A stretch of 64,000 nt of DNA from an uncultured Nitrososphaerales archaeon. GTDB taxonomy: Archaea > Thermoproteota > Nitrososphaeria > Nitrososphaerales > Gagatemarchaeaceae. Below are positions 48,759-57,810 of the stretch, one piece after another. The notes below the pieces were generated by a model that was not told the DNA's origin, searched no databases, and saw only the letters and a program-made list of their open reading frames with translations. The translations under genes and the position numbers were made by a program. The stretch spans positions 1,728,001-1,792,000 of the forward strand of contig OY970160.1 of assembly GCA_963706445.1 (NCBI GenBank). Reading direction: 5' to 3'. Positions within the stretch are counted from its first letter, which is position 1. Every line of letters begins with the position of its first letter.

Positions 48759-49027
48759 CCCGCCGATCTCGTCCAAGAGTCCCACGGACAATCCATGGGC
48801 CGAGGCCAGGGCCGCGAACGCGGTAATGGCCAGGGAGACGAAGAGCAGTCCGAGACGGATCTTTGTGTCGACGCTCATGTTCGTGAGGAACGCAGGGAGA
48901 CCCCACTAGTTCCCCATTTCCATCAATAAATGAAGATAATCTTGTGGAAAGCATCAACCAGAGGCGCATAATTTCTATCAGAAAGAGGGGCTGAGCGGGG
49001 GAGCCCCCGCCAAAGACTAATCTAGAC

Positions 49028-49050
49028 CAGTGTTTCCACTGTTTCCAGTT
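49028..49050 (-). promoter_or_regulatory. Tandem mini-ORB-like sites at the cdc6 start
   Basis: GTTTCCA twice (49032, 49041); reverse strand AACTGGAAACAGTGGAAACA shares the ORB core. Confidence 0.55.
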
Positions 49051-50242
49051 GTCCGACGGCATAGACGAAATCTTCCGCAGAGCGAAGGAGGGGAAGCCCC
49101 TCTTCATCAACAGGGACGCCCTCAGCCCAGACTATGTCCCGGCCCGCCTTCCCTTCCGCGACTCCCAGACGAACCAGGTGGCGCAGATACTCGCCCCAAT
49201 ACTGAGAGGCTCGAAGCCGTCCAACCTCCTGCTCTATGGGAAGACAGGCACAGGCAAGACGGCCGTTACGAACTACGTGCTTTCGAAACTCAAGGCGGAG
49301 GCCAACAACCCGAACCTAGTCCTGGCATATGTCAACACCCGACTCGCAGACGGCGAGTACAGGACTCTGGCCGATTTCGCAAGGTCCCTGGACCTCAAGA
49401 AGGAGAAGCAGATTCCGCTCACGGGGCTCGCCATAGGCGAGGTGGTCGACCGCATATCAGAGAACATCAAATCGAACAAGAAGAAAGTGGTCCTCGTGCT
49501 AGACGAAATCGATTACCTGGTCAAGCTCTTCGGGGACGACATCCTCTACTCTTTCACAAGATCTGGCGAGAAGTTGTCCCCGGGCTTCCTGGCCATCGTC
49601 GGAATCTCGAACGACCTCAAGTTCAAGGAGGGCCTCGACCCGAGAGTCCTCAGCAGCCTAAGCGAGGAAGAGCTGGTCTTCCCTCCATACTCTGTCGAGG
49701 AGCTCAGAGAGATACTTACAGAACGGGCGAGGGTGGCGTTCATGCCTTCTGTCGCCTCTCCCGCGGCCATCAACCTTTGCGCAGCCATGGCAGGGTCGGA
49801 GCACGGAGACGCCAGACGGGCCATCGACCTGCTCCGGATCGCAGGAGAGGTCGCCGAGCGCGAGGGCCTAAAGCAGATCGACGAATCCTGCATCAGAAAG
49901 GCGTCAGACAAGATGGAGGTCGACAGGGTGGACGAAGCCATCCAGTCCTTGCCCGTCCAGAACAAGGCCATCCTCGCCGCGGTGTCGAGGTTCGACGGAG
50001 GAACGAACACCGGGGAGCTCTATCTGGCATACGCGAACCTTTGCAAGAGGATGGGGATCGAGACCCTGACCCAGAGGCGCCTGAGCGGGATACTAGGGGA
50101 CCTCGACCTACTGGGCCTGGTGGAGGCCTCAGTGGTCAGCAAGGGGAGGCGCGGGCGGACGAAGAGGATCCAACTCCTGATCGGGAAGGACACCCTCGAG
50201 AAGACTCTGTCAGAGGACCCCGCCTTCGGGGCGGCTGCCTAG
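49049..50242 (+). CDS. cdc6: Orc1/Cdc6 replication initiator
   Basis: LSPDYVP..LPFR, GKTGTGKT, VLDEID, LDPRVLSSL, FPPYS, HGDARRAIDLL, C-terminal wHTH GRRGRT. Confidence 0.97.
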   Translation: MSDGIDEIFRRAKEGKPLFINRDALSPDYVPARLPFRDSQTNQVAQILAPILRGSKPSNLLLYGKTGTGKTAVTNYVLSKLKAEANNPNLVLAYVNTRLADGEYRTLADFARSLDLKKEKQIPLTGLAIGEVVDRISENIKSNKKKVVLVLDEIDYLVKLFGDDILYSFTRSGEKLSPGFLAIVGISNDLKFKEGLDPRVLSSLSEEELVFPPYSVEELREILTERARVAFMPSVASPAAINLCAAMAGSEHGDARRAIDLLRIAGEVAEREGLKQIDESCIRKASDKMEVDRVDEAIQSLPVQNKAILAAVSRFDGGTNTGELYLAYANLCKRMGIETLTQRRLSGILGDLDLLGLVEASVVSKGRRGRTKRIQLLIGKDTLEKTLSEDPAFGAAA

Positions 50243-51711
50243 GCAGCCTGGAAACCGGCGGCGCCGAAGTTGCGCCTGACTGTCTTCAGAGTCGACAGGT
50301 CGACGATTGGGACTATGCTAGGTGTGGGCTCCATCCCCATGTTTGACTGGAACTGTGTCTGGGCCTGCCAGGTTCCCGAGTTCAATAAAAGCGTCCCCCT
50401 GTATGACAACTCCCCATAGGTGTGCACGTGACCAACATGGAACACATCGGGGACCTGGTCGACGACCATGTAGTCGCGGAGCTCCGGCGACAGGGCCGTC
50501 CGCTTGCCATAGGTCGGCGCGAGATGCCTCGCCCTTAGGAGCAGCTTCATCGCATCCGTCGGCCTATCGTAGGCCAGGTTCGGGGTGGTGGCGATTACGT
50601 CGTCCAGGCTCTTGCCGTGGTAAACAAGGAACGTCACACCATGCAACTTGATGTATGCAGGGTCTCCTACCCAGCGGACGTTGTCCATGGCGTAGAGCGA
50701 CTCGGCCATGTCCACCGCCACCGCGGGCTGAGGGAGTGCCTGTCTGACGGCATCATGGTTGCCCGGAGAAAGGACGATCTGTATGTGCCCCGGCACCTGC
50801 TTGAGCAGGTCGGCCGCCATCTCATACTGCTTCTTCGGGTCCCTTTCGGCGAGCTGGAACTCCTGGCCCGGGTACACCCCCACCCCATCGACGAGGTCCC
50901 CCGCTATGACCAGGTACTTCACCCTGCTAACCAAATCTTTGTCCCCGAAGTTACCGTTCAGCCACTGGAGGAACCGGGCGAAGTCGTCCGAGAGGAACAT
51001 CCTGCTACCTATGTGGAGGTCGGACAGGAGGATTGCATACACGCGGTGGGAAGACGACGCGGCCCTGCGACCTGGCACGTCCGGGAGGACCACCGAGTCG
51101 GTGAACAGCTGCCCGGACTTTGACTTCCCGACGTCCACCACGATCATACTGTCAAGCGGCGCTTCGAGGGCTGCCTTCTCCGCGGGCCCGTCTTGGCAGA
51201 CCACCTTCAACCACCCGCTCGGGTCGTCGATCCTGAGCTCGACGCTCCCCTTCCTGCTCGAGCGTTCGGCCAGCAGCCCGGCGACCTTGACCTTCTTCCC
51301 TGGGGCCAGCCCCTTCGCGGCAGAGACCGAGGCGGTGTTCTTGGTGTCCAGCCTCTCTCTGACGATGGAGAAGAGGCGCTGATACCTGTCATTGAACAGC
51401 CTTCCATACCCCTCTGCTCCTTCAGCAGGAGCGATGGCCTGTGTAGGGTCAGAGAGGACCTCGAGCTCCACCGAGTCCCGGAGAGGGGCTCTCTCCTGCT
51501 CCACTGGCACGTCTTTCGAAATTAGCTTGGCTACGTCCCACTCTGTGATTACCTTCGCCTCGCCGAACGAGCCGGCCTTCGACTCGAGGAGCCTCTCCAC
51601 CAGCACCTCGACGTCCGCGCCGGCCGGAAGGCCGTTGATCATCTCGAAGGCCTTGGCATCCAACATGTAGCCTGACGCGAGGACCCTTGCGATGGCCTTC
51701 GATTCCTGCAT
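50239..51711 (-). CDS. polB: DNA polymerase D small subunit DP1 (3'-5' exonuclease)
   Basis: SDLHIGS, AGDLVDGVGVYPGQ, PGNHDA, YHGKS, RHLAPTYG, GHVH. Confidence 0.96.
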   Translation of the reverse strand: MQESKAIARVLASGYMLDAKAFEMINGLPAGADVEVLVERLLESKAGSFGEAKVITEWDVAKLISKDVPVEQERAPLRDSVELEVLSDPTQAIAPAEGAEGYGRLFNDRYQRLFSIVRERLDTKNTASVSAAKGLAPGKKVKVAGLLAERSSRKGSVELRIDDPSGWLKVVCQDGPAEKAALEAPLDSMIVVDVGKSKSGQLFTDSVVLPDVPGRRAASSSHRVYAILLSDLHIGSRMFLSDDFARFLQWLNGNFGDKDLVSRVKYLVIAGDLVDGVGVYPGQEFQLAERDPKKQYEMAADLLKQVPGHIQIVLSPGNHDAVRQALPQPAVAVDMAESLYAMDNVRWVGDPAYIKLHGVTFLVYHGKSLDDVIATTPNLAYDRPTDAMKLLLRARHLAPTYGKRTALSPELRDYMVVDQVPDVFHVGHVHTYGELSYRGTLLLNSGTWQAQTQFQSNMGMEPTPSIVPIVDLSTLKTVRRNFGAAGFQAA

Positions 51712-51727
51712 CAGACCCCCGAACCTC

Positions 51728-53059
51728 CTACGATGTATTAGAAGCTTCGACGCATTGGATCCCCATCTGCGTCAGGGCCTCCAGTTGCTGGGCATCCCTC
51801 GATTCGCAGTAGACCCTGGTGATGGGCTCCGTTCCCGAAGGCCGGAACATCACCCACGACCCATCTGTGAACACCAGCTTCAGCCCATCGAGGGTCCGCT
51901 CTTCGGCGATCTTGAGCTTCTTGAAGGACTCGCGGGCCCTGGCTGTCAGGGCGTCCATCCTCACGGCGACCTTGAGGTTGGTCTGTCTGTACTTCCATTG
52001 GACCTCCTGCATGACCCGCCCGAGCACGCTGCGGTCGACCGACAGGAGGCTCGAGACCAGGGCCGACGCGTTGATTCCATCTTCCCAGAGGCCCCACCCG
52101 GGATCTACCACCTTGCTCGGCTCGGAGGCGAACACTCCTCCCTCTGCCTCCAGCACTGCGAATGTCTTGCCGACCCGGCTCCTCTTGACGGCGAGTCCTA
52201 GCCTTTCGGCTTCCTCTGCTATGGCGCTCGAGGAGTTCTCCGAGACAACAGCCGTCCCCTCACTAAGCCCGAGCCCTTTGAGGGCGAGTATGGTGAGAAT
52301 CGCATCCGGGACCACGTTCCCGAGGGGGCCCACCATCACCAATCTGTCGGCGTCCCCATCGTGGGCGAGGCCGAAGTCCACCCCAAGGGTGGGCACCATC
52401 TTGGCGAAATCGGAGAGGTTGGTCGCTGTTGGCTCCGGGGGCCTGGCAGGGAAGCGCCAGGAGACCTGGGCGTTCACAGGTATCACCCGGTGCCCGAGCC
52501 GTCTGAGTATCTCAGGGGTCACCAACCCTCCCGGTCCGCTGGCGCAGTCCACAGCTATGGCCAGAGGCTGGGCGGCTCTGGGGTAGCGGGCTACGACGGC
52601 CTGGACGTACTCGTCTATCACACCCTCGTCCGGGATCGCCTGGCCGAAGACTCCGGACGGCTTCATCACGTCGACTCCCATGGCCCTCTCGATTCTTTCT
52701 TCATCCGCTTTGGGGAGCTCCATCCCATTGCGGTTGAACACCTTGACCCCGGAGAATTCTGGAGGGTTGTGAGAAGCCGTGACGGAGAAACCCGCAATGC
52801 ACCCCCTCGACCTCGTCCCGAAGGCAAGCACGGGAGTAGGCACCATGCCGAAGACGCTGGCGTCGCTCCCCACAGCGTTGATCGCCGAGACCACCGTCCT
52901 GGCGAGAAGCGCTGAGACCTTGCGTCCGTCCCACCCGACCCCGTACCGCCCCCTCCCCGACGCGAATGCAATCGTCTCGACCAATTTGTAGACCTGCTCG
53001 GGGGTCTGGGTCAGGTTGAAGACTCCTCTTACCCCAGCGGTACCGAAGGCTTTGACCAA
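51728..53059 (-). CDS. Phosphohexomutase (phosphoglucosamine mutase / PMM-PGM family)
   Basis: FGTAGVRG, TASHNPP, HDGDADR, RPSGTEP. Confidence 0.92.
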   Translation of the reverse strand: MVKAFGTAGVRGVFNLTQTPEQVYKLVETIAFASGRGRYGVGWDGRKVSALLARTVVSAINAVGSDASVFGMVPTPVLAFGTRSRGCIAGFSVTASHNPPEFSGVKVFNRNGMELPKADEERIERAMGVDVMKPSGVFGQAIPDEGVIDEYVQAVVARYPRAAQPLAIAVDCASGPGGLVTPEILRRLGHRVIPVNAQVSWRFPARPPEPTATNLSDFAKMVPTLGVDFGLAHDGDADRLVMVGPLGNVVPDAILTILALKGLGLSEGTAVVSENSSSAIAEEAERLGLAVKRSRVGKTFAVLEAEGGVFASEPSKVVDPGWGLWEDGINASALVSSLLSVDRSVLGRVMQEVQWKYRQTNLKVAVRMDALTARARESFKKLKIAEERTLDGLKLVFTDGSWVMFRPSGTEPITRVYCESRDAQQLEALTQMGIQCVEASNTS

Positions 53060-53062
53060 GCG

Positions 53063-53593
53063 TTATCTCTCTATGATTTTGGTCCAGAGCTCGGGCGTGG
53101 CTTCCTGGGCCAGAAGGTGAAGCGTGGTAGCTAGCTCTCTGATTTCCCATTGGGCCTGGAGGGCAGTCCTCTGCCAGACCAGGTGCATGAGGCTCCTTGC
53201 GTTCAGGGTCATCACTAGCTTCGTCTTGATCGCGCTCGGGAGGATGTACCTTGCGTCCTCCTTGGGGACCCCTGCCGCGACCATCTTCTCGTAGGCCGCG
53301 TACACCATCTTGAGGGCCTCGTCGTAGGCCTTGTAGGCCGCCTCGTTTGTTTTGATGCTCGAGGGCATGACGACCCCCTCCTTGGTGGCCGCTGAGAACC
53401 GCTGCGACTCTTGGTCGTACGACACCGCCCTGTGTCTCACCAACTGGTGCGTGGTGACCCTGCTGCAATCCTCAATCTCGAACATGTAGTTGACGTGATC
53501 CATCATGGCCTCCGGGTCGAACTGGACCCCTTCCCTGGCCAGCACCGACTTGATGGCGCCGAGATCAGTGTGATAGAGGAGCTTAACTCGCAT
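53063..53593 (-). CDS. thyX: FAD-dependent thymidylate synthase (short, catalytic motif intact)
   Basis: CSRVTTHQLVRHRAVSYDQESQRF (RHRx7S), EDARYILP, TLNARSL, AQWEIR. Confidence 0.9.
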   Translation of the reverse strand: MRVKLLYHTDLGAIKSVLAREGVQFDPEAMMDHVNYMFEIEDCSRVTTHQLVRHRAVSYDQESQRFSAATKEGVVMPSSIKTNEAAYKAYDEALKMVYAAYEKMVAAGVPKEDARYILPSAIKTKLVMTLNARSLMHLVWQRTALQAQWEIRELATTLHLLAQEATPELWTKIIER

Positions 53594-54026
53594 TGACCCT
53601 CTCTCCGAAAGCAAGCTCGCTGAAGATTGGACAGACGGCCCTGCCTTCAAGCTCGTTCACGACCATCCCTGCAAACGACCTGCCCCTGGAATCCCTCCAG
53701 AGCTCCACAAGGGTCCTGGCGTTCATGGTCACCAGCCAGTCCGCCTCCTTGAGGCGGGTCACGCGCAGGTAGGGGAAGTTCCGGACGAGCCCGCTTACTT
53801 CCGCCTCCCCCGCCCCCTCGACCAGCAGGGTCAGAGTGAAGTGCTCGAGGACGTCGAGGGACTTGTCCTGCATGGCCTTCGTCAGCAGGTACCTCCAGTA
53901 CTCGGCTCCCTTCTGCTCCAGCTCCGCCTCGATTTCCTCGATTGGCTTGGTGCTGTAGCACCTCCTCATGGCGACGGCGATGGTGCGCTCCGGGTTCGGA
54001 CTGGTCCAGACCAGTATGACTTTCAT
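53583..54026 (-). CDS. Degenerate ThyX-like protein (N-terminal elements, lacks RHR motif)
   Basis: MKVILV.TSPNPERTIAVAMRRCYS, DVLEHFTLT, VTMNARTL. Confidence 0.7.
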   Translation of the reverse strand: MKVILVWTSPNPERTIAVAMRRCYSTKPIEEIEAELEQKGAEYWRYLLTKAMQDKSLDVLEHFTLTLLVEGAGEAEVSGLVRNFPYLRVTRLKEADWLVTMNARTLVELWRDSRGRSFAGMVVNELEGRAVCPIFSELAFGERVNAS

Positions 54027-54085
54027 CCTGTCTTTGCTTCCTGACAGCGCATTCGATTTAAACGTGGGCTCCGAAAAGCCGGGTC

Positions 54086-54853
54086 GTGGCAAGACGAACT
54101 AGGCCCACTGTGGGGGCTGGATTCAACGTTGGGCCGAAAGGAGCCACGGGCTGCGTAATCGTCTTTCACGAAGTGTGGGGCCTAGTGGAGCACACCGAGG
54201 ACGTCTGCAAACGGCTCGGTAAACTGGGGTTTGCAGCCACCGCGCCCAACCTGTACAAGGAGCACAGAGACCTGCTGACTCCGGACAACATCCAGAAGGC
54301 GATGGAGGCGCTCTGGGAGCTTTCTCTGGAGGAGAGGAGGGACAGGGCCAAGGTGCAGCAGGCTCTGGACAAGAAGCATGCCAGTGGGGAGGTGAGGCAG
54401 ACTGCTGCTACGATCTACGAGCCGACCTTCAGGGACAGGATGCTGGACGACGCCGTGGCCGAGGTGGAGCGGGCGCATTCGAAGTTTGCCAGAGTCGCGA
54501 CGCTGGGTTTCTGCCTTGGCGGAGGCCTGTCCCTCAAGTGTGCCACCAGGAGCCGGCACATGACGTCAGCAATCAGCTTCTACGGCATGCCTCCGGCCAC
54601 GGAGGACGTCCCGAAGATATCCATCCCGATTCTTGACATCCACGCATACCAGGATGAGCTCATCAACAAGAGCGTCCCCGCCTGGGTGGGCGCGATGCTC
54701 GACGGAGGGAAGGACCTGACACTGAAGACATATCCGCGGACCGCCCACGGCTTCTTCAACGACACCAGAAAGGAGGTGTACAACCACTCCGCCGCGAGCG
54801 AGGCCTGGGGCATCACGAGGTGGTTCCTTGAAAGAACACTCGCAAGACACTGA
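54086..54853 (+). CDS. Dienelactone hydrolase family protein
   Basis: HEVWGL, APNLY, GFCLGG nucleophile, HGFFND. Confidence 0.9.
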   Translation: MARRTRPTVGAGFNVGPKGATGCVIVFHEVWGLVEHTEDVCKRLGKLGFAATAPNLYKEHRDLLTPDNIQKAMEALWELSLEERRDRAKVQQALDKKHASGEVRQTAATIYEPTFRDRMLDDAVAEVERAHSKFARVATLGFCLGGGLSLKCATRSRHMTSAISFYGMPPATEDVPKISIPILDIHAYQDELINKSVPAWVGAMLDGGKDLTLKTYPRTAHGFFNDTRKEVYNHSAASEAWGITRWFLERTLARH

Positions 54854-54953
54854 GCTGATTGACTGCTTCGTCACCTGGAGCTACATCGTGGAGCGCTCCA
54901 AGAAGAAGACCCCCTCAAAGGAATAAATCCTGTAGAGGGTGGGCACTCCTCGG

Positions 54954-55083
54954 GCCGGGGTGGCAGAGTGGTTAATGCGCGGGCAACCCGCCAGGTTGCG
55001 AAGCGGGTCCGCAACTCGAGATCAAAGACCAGTCAGCCCGTGACCTTCGGGTCGCGTGGGTTCGAATCCTACCCCCGGCGCCA
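54954..55083 (+). tRNA. tRNA-Ser(CGA) with two introns (31/32: 54985-55014; 37/38: 55021-55034), encoded CCA
   Basis: Acceptor GCCGGGG/CCCCGGC, G discriminator, long variable arm, T-arm GTGGG-TTCGAAT-CCTAC, anticodon stem CGGGC/GCCCG; anticodon CGA at 55017-55019 after splicing. Confidence 0.88.
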
Positions 55084-55290
55084 CGATAACTCGCCGATCG
55101 GAGGCCAGTAGGTTGCCCATCGAAGAAGACGCCAAATATCCGAGGCTCGTCAGACTCCTCAACATCGGAGTCCTGGTCGGAGGGGATTTGACCAGAGTCA
55201 CCGCGGACATGGGAGGAGAGACCACCGTTCTTCGCGTGGGGCTCTACATAGCTTGGAGATACAGATAGTGACGGGGACTAGATTGGTCGC

Positions 55291-55653
55291 TTAGGCAGTC
55301 TTGAACGACTCGCCGCATCCACAGGTAGAAACCGCATTGGGATTGTCCACGACGAACCCCCCACCCATCAACTTCTCAGACCTGTAGTCCAAGATAGACC
55401 CGGCGATGAACGGCGCACTAGACCTGTCCACGACTACCTTCGCGCCGCCTACGTCGATCACAAAATCATCATCCGAGACCTTCTCGTCCACGACCATCCC
55501 ATAGGACAGCCCCGAGCACCCACCCGCAGTGACGAAGATCCTGAGCGCTGCGCCTGGCTTCCCCTGCCTTTGGAGATAGAGCCTGAGCTCACCCGTGGCC
55601 TTCTCGGTGAGCTGTACTATCGGCTTGATCTCCGTGCCCTGGCTCATTTGCAA
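55291..55653 (-). CDS. Fe-S cluster assembly accessory protein (HesB/IscA)
   Basis: GGCSGLSY, NPNAVSTCGCGESF. Confidence 0.93.
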   Translation of the reverse strand: MQMSQGTEIKPIVQLTEKATGELRLYLQRQGKPGAALRIFVTAGGCSGLSYGMVVDEKVSDDDFVIDVGGAKVVVDRSSAPFIAGSILDYRSEKLMGGGFVVDNPNAVSTCGCGESFKTA

Positions 55654-55689
55654 TGAGACAACCTCTTCTCCCGTATAAAAACTAACACT

Positions 55690-56169
55690 TCAGACGACGA
55701 GCTTCTGGGCCGCTTTCATGACCTCCGCATATGGAGGCTCTTCCGAGGGCGCATCGGTGACCCACCTGTACCTGAGCATCCCCCTTCTGTCCACGACAAA
55801 GACCGCCCGCTTGGCCACTCCCTTGTAGCCCAGGTCCACCCACGGGTCCTGCAGGACCCCGTACAGCTTCGTTGTCTTCTTGTTGAAGTCGCTCAGGAGT
55901 GGGAACTGTAGATTGTAGGTCTGGGTGAAGGCCATCAAAGAATAGGAGCTGTCGACGCTTATGCCGACCACTTGGACCCCTGCGCCCTGCAACTGTCCGA
56001 ACCCATCCCTGAAGGCGCACATTTCCTTGTCACACGGCCCGGAGAACGCGAACGGGAAGAATGCGATGATCACGGGCCCCTGCCTGATGAACTCCCCCAG
56101 CGAGCGCATCTTTTGGTCGGCATCAGGGAGGGCGAACTCAGGGACCTTCTGGCCCAGCCTAAGCGCCAC
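55690..56169 (-). CDS. Peroxiredoxin (AhpC/TSA, BCP/AhpE-like)
   Basis: FFPFAFSGPCDKEMC, GISVDS, LLSDFN, KRAVFVVD. Confidence 0.9.
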   Translation of the reverse strand: MALRLGQKVPEFALPDADQKMRSLGEFIRQGPVIIAFFPFAFSGPCDKEMCAFRDGFGQLQGAGVQVVGISVDSSYSLMAFTQTYNLQFPLLSDFNKKTTKLYGVLQDPWVDLGYKGVAKRAVFVVDRRGMLRYRWVTDAPSEEPPYAEVMKAAQKLVV

Positions 56170-56200
56170 GAACGCGAAACATCGAGGTTCCGATTTAAGG

Positions 56201-56536
56201 CTACTTCTGTGGAATCTTCTGCAGCAGTTCGAAATATCTCGCGGCGAGGGACACCAGCTGTTCCTGCTTCGCGACGTCCTTCTCTGCCCCTAAGGCCGTA
56301 ATGGTTTCGTTGAGCCTGGCCAGGAGGACGTCCCTCATGTGAGCGACCACAGTATCAAACGACACGGTCGCAACTGTCATGATCGAGGAAAGGTCGTCGT
56401 GGCTGGTGCAGTAAATCTTCCCGCGGTACCTGACCTGGATGCCGCCATCCTGGGGGCACGGTTCTGCCAGCACGGTCGCACCCCTGCTCACAAGCTCAGC
56501 TGCCAGCTTCATCTTGTTTCTAGAGGCGCCGCTCAA
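56201..56536 (-). CDS. UPF0148 / autoantigen p27-like zinc-binding protein
   Basis: MKLAAELVSRGATVLAEPCPQDGG...GKIYCTSH; start uncertain. Confidence 0.7.
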   Translation of the reverse strand: MSGASRNKMKLAAELVSRGATVLAEPCPQDGGIQVRYRGKIYCTSHDDLSSIMTVATVSFDTVVAHMRDVLLARLNETITALGAEKDVAKQEQLVSLAARYFELLQKIPQK

Positions 56537-56634
56537 TGGCCCGGCCACCGGTCCGGTCGTATAAAAGACGGCTCGCTGCGAAAACCACTTAATACCACGA
56601 AATTGAAGTACCATTTCGTACCGGGGTTATCTCA

Positions 56635-56919
56635 ATGAGCGCTAAACTCAAGAAGCAGCAGGAGAACGATGCGAAGCTCGCGAAGGCGGTATTGAGCCTC
56701 CAACAGATCTCCGACTCGAACATCACCCCACGCAACATCAGGAAGATTGTGAAGGATTCGGTCATGATGCTCCAGGACGCCAAGCAGAGCGTCGCCGTCA
56801 GGGCTGCAAACGCTATCAGCCTCCTCGACGACGTCGCCCAGGACCCGAACATGCCCTCGTTCGCAAGGGTCACGCTCTGGTCGGCGGTCTCTGAGTTGGA
56901 ATCGATTCGCGAACAATAG
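56635..56919 (+). CDS. UPF0147 family protein
   Basis: TPRNIRK, AVRAANAISLLDDVAQDPNMPSFARVTLW. Confidence 0.9.
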   Translation: MSAKLKKQQENDAKLAKAVLSLQQISDSNITPRNIRKIVKDSVMMLQDAKQSVAVRAANAISLLDDVAQDPNMPSFARVTLWSAVSELESIREQ

Positions 56920-56989
56920 GCTCTCCGCCGAAGTTTCTGTCCTAGCCCGGGCAAAGCTTTAACACATTCTCACGAGCCGCACGAGGCGA

Positions 56990-57415
56990 TTGCCAAACTG
57001 CCCGAAATGCGGGAATAAGGAATCTATGCCCACAAGGACATTCAACGTGATCGTCGAGCCCTCCAAAGGGGAGCGCGGGATGACGGAGCGCAGGGTGGGG
57101 ATGTACACCTGCGAGAAGTGCGGGACGAAGTTCCCGACTGTGATAAGCAAACAGAGGTACCTCATAGTCGCAGAAGAGCAGCTGAAATCGATTCAGGAGG
57201 AGCTCAGCTCGGTGAAGAAGGGGAACGAGGACCTGAACACGAAGGTCCAGGGGATGGCGCAGCAGCAGAGGGAGCTTGAGGGCGCCATGGACAGGGCGGC
57301 GAAGGAAAACGAACTCAAACGCCTGCAGGCAAAGCTAGCTGAGCTGGAGGATTTCGTGGGTTACCTAAGAAAAGAAAAGGGCGAACTCGAGCAGAAGGCT
57401 TCCAGGCTCCGGTAG
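56990..57415 (+). CDS. Zinc-ribbon (Cren7-like) domain fused to a coiled coil
   Basis: CPKCG..PTRTFNV..P..G....VGMYTCEKCGTKF followed by a heptad-rich tail. Confidence 0.7.
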   Translation: MPNCPKCGNKESMPTRTFNVIVEPSKGERGMTERRVGMYTCEKCGTKFPTVISKQRYLIVAEEQLKSIQEELSSVKKGNEDLNTKVQGMAQQQRELEGAMDRAAKENELKRLQAKLAELEDFVGYLRKEKGELEQKASRLR

Positions 57416-57417
57416 AC

Positions 57418-57699
57418 CTAGATACCTTCGGTCCCAGCAGGCGGAAGAGTGTAGCCCGCCTCGGCTTCGTAAGACGCGGCCTTCTCTTCCAACACAGCCT
57501 TCTCCGTGCGGAGCGCCTGCACTTCGCTTTCTAGGGCCTTGGCAGACTTCTCCAACTCGAAGTTGGCTATTTTTTCCTTCAGGGATGCGACGTCGGCAAG
57601 GAGCGAGGCCTTCTCGGCCTCGAACGACCTTATCTTCTCCTCGAGTTCTGTCCTCTGGTCAGCGTATTCAGTAACCACTTCCATGGTTGTCGAGGTCAC
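57418..57699 (-). CDS. Small coiled-coil protein
   Basis: E/K/L/A heptad-rich 93 aa. Confidence 0.6.
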   Translation of the reverse strand: MTSTTMEVVTEYADQRTELEEKIRSFEAEKASLLADVASLKEKIANFELEKSAKALESEVQALRTEKAVLEEKAASYEAEAGYTLPPAGTEGI

Positions 57700-57810
57700 A
57701 GGTTCTGGGCGTCTAATTCTCTGACAAAACTAAAAACAACTGACAACATCGTAAACGCGATTAAATCGCGACACGCAGGATTTATGAATCGAGTTCAATC
57801 TACCCGAATC

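Noticed and set aside
49030-50346. 438-aa alternative-frame ORF overlapping cdc6
   Set aside because: Arg/Pro/Gly-rich frame-shift shadow typical of high GC3 coding DNA
55113-55268. Short ORF after tRNA-Ser (LPIEEDAKYPRLVRLLNIG...)
   Set aside because: No recognisable motif or clear start; cannot be distinguished from a chance ORF or remnant
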